A DNA stretch of 64,000 bases, taken from Patescibacteria group bacterium (GTDB lineage Bacteria; Patescibacteriota; WWE3; UBA101185; UBA10185). Position numbers and translations under genes: made by a program. This document shows positions 57,269 through 64,000 of this stretch, piece by piece. The notes beneath the pieces were generated by a model. That model made no database searches. It worked only from the letters and a program-made list of their open reading frames with translations, and had not been told where the DNA came from. The stretch's first letter is position 1, and the number at the start of each line of letters is the position of its first letter. The stretch is taken from contig JAUMAA010000003.1 in the NCBI GenBank assembly GCA_032117075.1, forward strand, positions 41,574 to 105,573, in the 5' to 3' direction.

Positions 57269-57460
57269 GTGGTGTGGGAATTAATTAAGTACGGACTGTT
57301 TGCCTTCTTTGGGGTTTTTTATTCCTGTCTCCTTTTGTTAGTTTTGATTAGAGTGGTGAGGGCCTTACTGACCCCAGTTGATGAAGTTGATTTAATTGAC
57401 TACATTAACACCAAAAACAACAACGAATCCCTCAAGAGTTGGGAGGAGAGAGAAAGTTAG
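57269..57460 (+). CDS. Small hydrophobic protein (63 aa), GTG start
   Basis: AAGGAGG RBS, one or two TM helices, followed by a strong terminator. GC-enriched. Confidence 0.4.
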   Translation: MVWELIKYGLFAFFGVFYSCLLLLVLIRVVRALLTPVDEVDLIDYINTKNNNESLKSWEERES

Positions 57461-57465
57461 AATTA

Positions 57466-57497
57466 AAGCGGGTTCGTAAATTTATTACGAACCCGCA
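57466..57497 (+). terminator. Rho-independent terminator
   Basis: aagcgggttcgtaa-atttat-tacgaacccgc. Confidence 0.55.
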
Positions 57498-57553
57498 ATT
57501 CAAAACATCACCATTTCATTTGACTATCATCTCTTTTCTAGTAAAATAAAAAC

Positions 57554-58102
57554 ATGTCAAATTCAAACTTATTTCATATCATAAAACAAGATAAAGCCCC
57601 TCAAGTAATTAGCGTACTAGTTGAAATTGCAAAAGGCGACTTCACTAAATACGAGTTTAATCACGAGTATGGAATACTCGAATTAGATAGGGTTCTTTAT
57701 GGGCCTCTTTTCTACCCAGTTGCTTATTGCGATGTTCCTGGTACTTGGAATGAAGGGGATAATGACCCATTAGATGCTGTTGTATTCTGTTCAGGAAATT
57801 TACTTCCTGGTACTTTGGTCAAAGGAAGAGTAATCGGAGTTATGGAAATGGAAGATAACGGTGAAGCAGATTCAAAAATTATCTGTGTAGCAGATAAGGA
57901 CCCAAGATACAAAAATGTAAATTCCATCAATGATTTAACAGAGTATGAAAGAAAAGATTTAAAATCTTTTATGGAACTTTATAAAATTCCTCAAACTGGA
58001 AAAGATACTGTTAAAGTAGGTGAGTTTAAAGACAAAGAAGCAGCTTTCGAACTAATCGAAAATTGTGTAAAAACCTACCAAGAAAAATTTGGTAACCAAT
58101 AA
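57554..58102 (+). CDS. ppa: Inorganic pyrophosphatase (family I)
   Basis: Conserved DNDPLDAVV and EFNHEY.LE core. Confidence 0.9.
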   Translation: MSNSNLFHIIKQDKAPQVISVLVEIAKGDFTKYEFNHEYGILELDRVLYGPLFYPVAYCDVPGTWNEGDNDPLDAVVFCSGNLLPGTLVKGRVIGVMEMEDNGEADSKIICVADKDPRYKNVNSINDLTEYERKDLKSFMELYKIPQTGKDTVKVGEFKDKEAAFELIENCVKTYQEKFGNQ

Positions 58103-58104
58103 AC

Positions 58105-60720
58105 ATGGACGATAACATTAAAGATCAAAATGTAGATAACTCACATGAGTTAGAGAATGAAGAAACACTTGATATAGAACAAGGTGGTATCGAACCTATT
58201 GAAATTTCTGGTGAAATGGAAAGAGCTTACCTTGACTATGCAATGTCGGTTATTGTTTCAAGAGCTTTACCAGATGTAAGAGATGGTTTGAAACCAGTTC
58301 AAAGAAGAATTATCTATGCGATGCACGAACAAAACATGCATCATGATTCAAAATTTTCCAAATGTGCTGCAGTTGTAGGTGAAGTGTTAAAGAGTTATCA
58401 CCCTCATGGAGATATGTCTGTATATGAAGCCTTAGTAAGAATGGCTCAGGACTTCTCATTGAGATATCCTCTCATTATTGGGCAAGGAAATTTTGGTAAT
58501 GTTGACGGGGACGGTGCTGCGGCAATGAGGTATACAGAAAGTAAGTTAGCTAAATTAGCTGATGAACTACTAAGAGATATCGATAAAGATACAGTAAATT
58601 TTGAAATTAATGACTTGCAAAACGAAGAGCCTGACTATTTACCTTCTGCAATTCCAAATATTCTATTAAATGGTGCGGTAGGAATTGCTGTCGGAATGGC
58701 TACAAATATTCCTCCTCATAATCTTTCTGAGGTATGTGATGGAATTAATGAGCTTATAGAAAAAGCTGATTATATTGGAGATGTACCTTCAAAAGATGAT
58801 CCAGATCAAGTAGCTAAAGTTGATTTTACTTCTCATGCGACAGTGGAGGAGTTAGTAAAATTTATCAAAGGACCTGATTTCCCAACTGGAGGAATTATCT
58901 ACGATCAAAGAGATATAATGCAAATCTACTCAGTAGGAAAGGGTAGGGTAGTAGCAAGAGCAAAAATGGAAATTGAGGATGATAAAAAAGGAAAAACACA
59001 AATTGTTGTGACAGAAATACCTTATCAAGTAAACAAGTCCACTTTACTTGAGAAAATCTCTGAATGTGTCAAAGATAAGAAAATAATTGGTATTTCGGAT
59101 CTTAGAGATGAATCGAACAAGTTAGGAATTAGAGTAGTCATAGAATTAAAAAAAGATGCTGCTCCTCAAAAGGTTCAGAATCAATTATATAGATATACTC
59201 AATTACAAACTGCATTTAATGCCAATATGGTCATGTTAGTCCATAGAGAACCAAAACTCATGGGATTAAAACCAATACTTGAAGAATTTATCAAACACAG
59301 ACAAATTGTAGTAATTAGAAGAACAAAATATTTATTAAGAAAAGCATTAGATAGAGAACATATTTTACTTGGACTTAAAATTGCAGTTGATTTCATAGAT
59401 GAAGTCATTAAGATAATTAGAGGAGCTAAAGATACAGAAGAGGCGAAAGTTAATTTAATTAAAAGATTTAGCTTTTCAGACCTTCAAGCTCAAGCTATTT
59501 TAGATCTTCAATTAAGAAGACTTTCAGCACTTGAAAGATATAAGATTGAAGAGGAATTGAATCAGATTCAACAAATAATTAAGGATTGTAAGGAACTTCT
59601 CGCAAGTCCTGTCAAAATAATCGAAACAATTAAGAAAGAAAATTTAGAAATTAAGGAAAAATTCGGTGATGCAAGAAAAACTAAAGTTATCAAAGGAAAA
59701 TTAGGCGAACTTACTGATGAAGACTTAGTTGTAAATGAATCATGCATTATTTCAATTTCTGAAAATGGCTATATTAAAAGATTAAAACCAGATACATATA
59801 GAAAACAAGGTAGGGGAGGAAAGGGAGTTAACGGACAAACATTGAAAGAAGAAGATAACATAGATCAAATCAGAATAGCATCAACCCATGATGCTGCGAT
59901 GTTTTTTACCAATAAGGGTAAGGTATTTAAATTAAAAGTTTGGGATATTCCAGAATCCTCAAGAACAGCAAAGGGTACCTCAATTGTTAATTTCTTAAAT
60001 ATCTCGCAAGATGAAAGAGTAGAAGCTTTTATCACTGCAGATAATCAAATATTTGACGATAATAATTGTTTCGTAGTATTAGCAACTGTTCAAGGAAAGA
60101 TCAAGAAAACCCCAATTTCAGACTTTGCTAATATTAGAAACAATGGAATTATAGCCATCAACCTTACAGATGGAGATACTTTAATTGCAGCTAAGTTATC
60201 CTGTGGATCTGACGATGTTATCTTGATTTCAGACAAGGGTCAATCAATTAGATTTCACGAAAAAGAAGCTAGACCTATGGGAAGAGCTGCATCAGGAGTA
60301 GCTGGAGTTAAATTACTACCAAAACATAAACTAATCGCAATGGATATCATTTCAAAAGCACAAAAAGACGGATGTTTGGCTGTGGTAACTGAGCAAGGAT
60401 ACGGAAAGAAGACACCTCTTGAAGAGTATAAAGCTCAGGCAAGAGGAGGGTCAGGAATAATTACTTATAAGGTTTCTGATAAAACCGGGGATGTAGTTGC
60501 AGCCAGAATTGCTGAGAGAGATTTTGATAACGATGTATTACTTGCATCAAAATCAGGAAAAATCATCAGACTAGAATACAAAGGGATTCCTGAACAAGGC
60601 AGGTCAACAATTGGAGTAAGACTTATCAGATTGGATGCTAGCGACAAGTTAGTTGGGGCTGCTTTCATGGATATTAACGAAGAAATGGTAAACTCTATTA
60701 CACAAGAAGAAGAGGAATAA
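58105..60720 (+). CDS. gyrA: DNA gyrase subunit A
   Basis: AAMRYTE active-site Tyr motif, GyrA-box region, beta-pinwheel CTD. Confidence 0.95.
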   Translation: MDDNIKDQNVDNSHELENEETLDIEQGGIEPIEISGEMERAYLDYAMSVIVSRALPDVRDGLKPVQRRIIYAMHEQNMHHDSKFSKCAAVVGEVLKSYHPHGDMSVYEALVRMAQDFSLRYPLIIGQGNFGNVDGDGAAAMRYTESKLAKLADELLRDIDKDTVNFEINDLQNEEPDYLPSAIPNILLNGAVGIAVGMATNIPPHNLSEVCDGINELIEKADYIGDVPSKDDPDQVAKVDFTSHATVEELVKFIKGPDFPTGGIIYDQRDIMQIYSVGKGRVVARAKMEIEDDKKGKTQIVVTEIPYQVNKSTLLEKISECVKDKKIIGISDLRDESNKLGIRVVIELKKDAAPQKVQNQLYRYTQLQTAFNANMVMLVHREPKLMGLKPILEEFIKHRQIVVIRRTKYLLRKALDREHILLGLKIAVDFIDEVIKIIRGAKDTEEAKVNLIKRFSFSDLQAQAILDLQLRRLSALERYKIEEELNQIQQIIKDCKELLASPVKIIETIKKENLEIKEKFGDARKTKVIKGKLGELTDEDLVVNESCIISISENGYIKRLKPDTYRKQGRGGKGVNGQTLKEEDNIDQIRIASTHDAAMFFTNKGKVFKLKVWDIPESSRTAKGTSIVNFLNISQDERVEAFITADNQIFDDNNCFVVLATVQGKIKKTPISDFANIRNNGIIAINLTDGDTLIAAKLSCGSDDVILISDKGQSIRFHEKEARPMGRAASGVAGVKLLPKHKLIAMDIISKAQKDGCLAVVTEQGYGKKTPLEEYKAQARGGSGIITYKVSDKTGDVVAARIAERDFDNDVLLASKSGKIIRLEYKGIPEQGRSTIGVRLIRLDASDKLVGAAFMDINEEMVNSITQEEEE

Positions 60721-60721
60721 A

Positions 60722-61756
60722 ATGATTTCCTTGCCTGAGTTTTCACAAAATATTCAAAAAAAAATTCAATTAGCTAAAAGAGTAATTCTTTTCCTACATA
60801 AATCTCCCGATCTTGATTCAATTGGTTCTAATTTTGGATTTGTGGATTACATAAAAAATCTAAATTCAACTGCAGAAATCATTATACTTTCAACAGATAT
60901 CCCGTCTGAGAGTTTAAATTTAATAATTAATAATTATTCAGAGATTAACTTATCAATTATCGAAGTAGCAAATTTTGAATTTCAAAATGGGGACTTGTCA
61001 GTTTCAATTGATTTTTCAGAAATTCATCGAGCAAGTAGAGTAGAGGGATTTATTATTCCAGAGTTTGTAGATCAAGCAATAATTGATCACCATGTTATTC
61101 CAGAAATAAAAAGTAAATTAAATTTTATCGAAACTCAAAATATCTCAGCTTCAACTATCATTTTTAAATTATACAAAGAAGCTAAAATAGAAATTTCTTT
61201 AAATACATATAAATTTTTAATTTTTGGCATTCTTGGTGATTCAGGAAGCTTAAGATACAAAGATAATAATTTTTTAACATCACTAGAAATTATTAGAGAA
61301 TTCTGCGAAAAATATGGAACTATTAATTATTTTGAGATTGTAGAAATGATGGAAAGAAATATGCCGGTACAGGAATATATTCTTGAGGGTATTTATCTAA
61401 ACAATCTAGTTTACGATGAAGAAAAGAAATATGCTTACACATACATGACATTAGAAGATAGACAAAAAAAGGGAATTCCCACTCATTATGTTGAATTCTT
61501 AAACGGAGCAACTGTTATTAAAAACATTGGGTTATCAAATTTTACATTTTCTGTTACAGAAGACAAAAAAGAAGCAAATAAGTTTAACCTAAGCTTTAGA
61601 TCATGCTCTGGAACAGGTTTTGTAGTCAGAGATATTGCTGCAAAATTAGGCGGGGGAGGGCATCTGGCCGCTGCGGGAGCTCAGATTGAAGCTAAAAGTC
61701 TAAATGAAGCTTTAGAAAGGGTTAAAACTGCCATTCATGAGCTTGATGCAATTTGA
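60722..61756 (+). CDS. DHH/DHHA1 family phosphoesterase (NrnA-like)
   Basis: DHH motif (IIDHHV) and GGGH motif (GGGGHLAAAG). Confidence 0.8.
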   Translation: MISLPEFSQNIQKKIQLAKRVILFLHKSPDLDSIGSNFGFVDYIKNLNSTAEIIILSTDIPSESLNLIINNYSEINLSIIEVANFEFQNGDLSVSIDFSEIHRASRVEGFIIPEFVDQAIIDHHVIPEIKSKLNFIETQNISASTIIFKLYKEAKIEISLNTYKFLIFGILGDSGSLRYKDNNFLTSLEIIREFCEKYGTINYFEIVEMMERNMPVQEYILEGIYLNNLVYDEEKKYAYTYMTLEDRQKKGIPTHYVEFLNGATVIKNIGLSNFTFSVTEDKKEANKFNLSFRSCSGTGFVVRDIAAKLGGGGHLAAAGAQIEAKSLNEALERVKTAIHELDAI

Positions 61757-62399
61757 AATTAACCTACACCAAAGTCAAGGTTATAAATATATTGGAGGTA
61801 TTGATGAGGTGGGAAGGGGATGTCTCGCAGGACCTTTGGTAACTGCTATTGTGGTTTATGATATTGAAAAATTAAAGAATATTTCAGAAGTAAAAGTTTT
61901 AAAAAAAATTAATCAAATCAAAGATTCAAAAAAATTATTAGAACAAAGAAGAGAAGAGTTATCTGAATTTATTAATGAATTGGCAACATTTATTCATATT
62001 CAAGAAACATCTAATAACGAAATAGATAAATTATTAATTTCAAAATCAACAAATAATTCTTTTTTAGAAAATTTTAATCAGGCTAAAAGAAATAATTATT
62101 TAGATTTTGTATTAACAGATGCTTTTAAAATTAAGGGGGTGGAGGAAAGTACTCAGAAAAGTTTGATAAAAGGAGATAACACATCCTTAGCAATAGCCTC
62201 AGCTTCGATAGTTGCCAAAGTTTATAGGGACAACTTAATGAAAAAAATTGCAGAAGAGGAAAGATACAAAAATTACGAATTTGAAAAACACAAAGGTTAC
62301 GGAACAGCTGCACATCTAGATGCAATCAAAAAATACGGTATCTCAGATTTACACAGAAAATCTTTTGAACCTATTAAATCAATTATTAGTAATAACTAA
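61737..62399 (+). CDS. rnhB: Ribonuclease HII
   Basis: IGGIDEVGRGCLAGPLV N-terminal catalytic motif. Confidence 0.9.
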   Translation: MSLMQFEINLHQSQGYKYIGGIDEVGRGCLAGPLVTAIVVYDIEKLKNISEVKVLKKINQIKDSKKLLEQRREELSEFINELATFIHIQETSNNEIDKLLISKSTNNSFLENFNQAKRNNYLDFVLTDAFKIKGVEESTQKSLIKGDNTSLAIASASIVAKVYRDNLMKKIAEEERYKNYEFEKHKGYGTAAHLDAIKKYGISDLHRKSFEPIKSIISNN

Positions 62400-62438
62400 A
62401 TCATTGACTTAAAAATTTATTCAATTCATAATCAATAT

Positions 62439-62795
62439 ATGCCTCAAAATGAAAATTTAAACGAAAAACCTAAATTAAGCGAAATTACAGTTAAGGAACT
62501 TAACAATAAAATTCTAACTCAATACATTAGGGGGGTTGAGGCACTTGCAAATAACACTAGAGTTGGGCAAAACGAAAGTTTAAAGACTAAGGTAGTAAAG
62601 GGCTTAGACTCCTTAGGAAATTCATACAAAAAACAACTTGAAAGAAGGGGGATTGATGGAACTTATAATGAAAATTATGCACTATGGACATTAATAGACG
62701 ATACTAGAGTTTATATAGAATCCACCTTACCGACCCATGAAGTTAGCAGAGATTTTCTTGAACATCAATTGAGAAAAGCAAGGGAACTTTTATGA
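62439..62795 (+). CDS. Hypothetical protein (paralog of 62792-63145)
   Basis: Shared C-terminal block (RGIDGTYNENYALWTLIDDTRVYIE vs RGLRDPYDINSAVWSLVNGTKVYLE). Confidence 0.45.
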   Translation: MPQNENLNEKPKLSEITVKELNNKILTQYIRGVEALANNTRVGQNESLKTKVVKGLDSLGNSYKKQLERRGIDGTYNENYALWTLIDDTRVYIESTLPTHEVSRDFLEHQLRKARELL

Positions 62796-63145
62796 ATGTT
62801 AACACGAAAAGTTCAGAAAAAGATTCTCTAAAAATTCCAATAGAGGAAGTAAACAAAGAAGTTATCTCCAAATATAAAACAGGATTAATGTTGCTTATAA
62901 AAAACATAGGGGACAAAGAAACTGAAATAGGGGTGATGGAAGATTTTATCAAACTGGAAAATTACTATACCAATCAATTAAATGTCAGAGGTCTAAGAGA
63001 TCCTTATGATATAAACAGCGCTGTATGGAGTTTAGTTAATGGAACTAAAGTCTATTTAGAAGTATCAAACAAAATAGGGAGTATGGACAAGAATTACCTA
63101 GAGTATTTGTTACAAAAAGCAGATAATTTATTTAAGGAGGAGTAA
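62792..63145 (+). CDS. Hypothetical protein (tandem paralog; ATGA overlap with the upstream gene)
   Basis: See the paralog; overlapping stop/start. Confidence 0.45.
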   Translation: MNVNTKSSEKDSLKIPIEEVNKEVISKYKTGLMLLIKNIGDKETEIGVMEDFIKLENYYTNQLNVRGLRDPYDINSAVWSLVNGTKVYLEVSNKIGSMDKNYLEYLLQKADNLFKEE

Positions 63146-63645
63146 TGAAAAACCTCGAACCGGAAACCAACAACGATAGATTCAAAAATATTTTTAGTAT
63201 TATTGAGGAACAAGCAAATAAACCAAAAGAAGAAGTAGATTTCTCAGACTTAACTAAACTTGTTGATGTTAAAAAAGATATTAAGAAATTAAGTGTTCAA
63301 ACAGGTGAGGATCTTGATAATAAAGATTTTGTTGTTAGTACTTTAAATACCTTACTTAATAAAACATTGCTTCAACTCTGCTTTAAAGAAACACCTTCAA
63401 AATTAAGTCCGGAAGCTTTAGAAAAAGCACAAGTTAATTTGGAAACAAAACTAGACGAACTTCATAAATTAATTGGAAATAGACAACAAATAACTCAAGA
63501 AGAGTTAGAAAAACTAGAAGCAAATTTATTTAGAAGTTACTCACAAATAGTTTTAAATAAGATCACCAATAGTCAAATTGTTTTAAATGTTGCCATGATT
63601 GAAAATGCCGTTAAAACTATCAAAGATTTGGATCTAGTTAAATAA
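63145..63645 (+). CDS. Hypothetical helical protein
   Basis: ORF with overlapping start; no motif recognised. Confidence 0.45.
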   Translation: MKNLEPETNNDRFKNIFSIIEEQANKPKEEVDFSDLTKLVDVKKDIKKLSVQTGEDLDNKDFVVSTLNTLLNKTLLQLCFKETPSKLSPEALEKAQVNLETKLDELHKLIGNRQQITQEELEKLEANLFRSYSQIVLNKITNSQIVLNVAMIENAVKTIKDLDLVK

Positions 63646-63676
63646 TTTCATTGACTTTTTAATTTTTTAAAACTAT

Positions 63677-64000
63677 ATTTAATATCGTGCATATTGAAAC
63701 AACATACTCTTACGACGATGTTTTGTTAGTTCCGCAAAAATCAAAAGTAAAATCACGAAGTGATGTTTCTCTCCAAACAAACTTAACTCCAAATTTTAAT
63801 TTAAATTTACCTGTAATTTCATCAAATATGGACTCAGTAACTGGAACTGAAATGGCAATAAAATTAGCGATGTACGGAGGCCTAGGAGTACTTCCAAGAT
63901 TTGGGAATATAGATGAAGAAGTCGAAATGCTAATGCAAGTAAAAAAAGAAAATGTAAAAGTTGGGGCTTCTTTAGGAATAAAAGATGAGTTCAAAGAAAG
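63677..64000 (+). CDS. guaB: IMP dehydrogenase/GMP reductase family, N-terminal part (3' partial; GTG start; not in the ORF track)
   Basis: The open frame to the window end translates to YSYDDVLLVPQKS...LPVISSNMDSVTGTEMAIKLAMYGGLGV, the conserved IMPDH N-terminus. TTGACT-17-TATATT promoter upstream. The minus-strand ORF 63710-63994 is rejected. Confidence 0.75.

Noticed and set aside
63710-63994. 94-aa minus-strand ORF at the window end
   Set aside because: The plus-strand frame at the same place encodes the unmistakable IMPDH N-terminus with a promoter and GTG start, so the minus ORF is a shadow ORF.
1-64000. CRISPR arrays, rRNA genes, IS elements/transposases, integrases
   Set aside because: No direct-repeat/spacer periodicity, no rRNA-like conserved blocks and no transposase or recombinase motifs (DDE, tyrosine recombinase R..H..R..Y) were recognised in any frame.

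Overview
The window is a low-GC (about 30%, estimated by eye) genome segment that looks CPR/Patescibacteria-like, with dense coding, Shine-Dalgarno motifs and GC-rich rho-independent terminators. The standard genetic code appears to be used.

Recognisable core genes, in order:
- a 5'-truncated ABC exporter, an SPFH/band-7 protein and msrA;
- tig-clpP, truB, and infC-rpmI-rplT followed by pheS-pheT;
- a class A PBP, tyrS, recG, rsmD, rpmF, nusB, an ACP-like gene, rnc, rpsP and trmD;
- a complete 14-gene type IV pilus locus (pilB-pilT-pilC-pilA-pilD, a 1183-aa surface protein, five pilin-like genes, pilM-N-O);
- holB, gyrB, an L,D-transpeptidase, ppa, gyrA, a DHH phosphoesterase, rnhB and the 5' end of guaB.

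Two tRNAs were identified by hand-folding: tRNA-Leu(UAG) and tRNA-Val(GAC).

The non-core content is the more interesting part:
1. Next to tRNA-Leu lies a tightly packed operon encoding an 836-aa atypical Hsp70, flanked by a possibly GrpE-like membrane protein, a protein with a degenerate J-like N-terminus, a membrane coiled-coil protein and a classical-clade AAA+ ATPase.
2. Two homologous small-membrane-peptide cassettes each carry a consensus sigma70 promoter and perfectly complementary 11-nt transcript ends (GTTGCTGAGGT ... ACCTCAGCAAC).
3. A conserved leader of about 45 nt is shared by two unrelated GC-rich genes.
4. Several GC-enriched islets look foreign: a ThyX-like gene with an altered RHR motif, a gene inserted between rplT and pheS, and a two-gene operon beside tRNA-Leu.
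5. A secreted-protein ORF is interrupted by a single in-frame TAA.
6. The ACP homologue lacks the phosphopantetheine serine.
7. A standalone Cas4-like nuclease is present with no CRISPR array.

No CRISPR array, rRNA or transposase/IS element was recognised.
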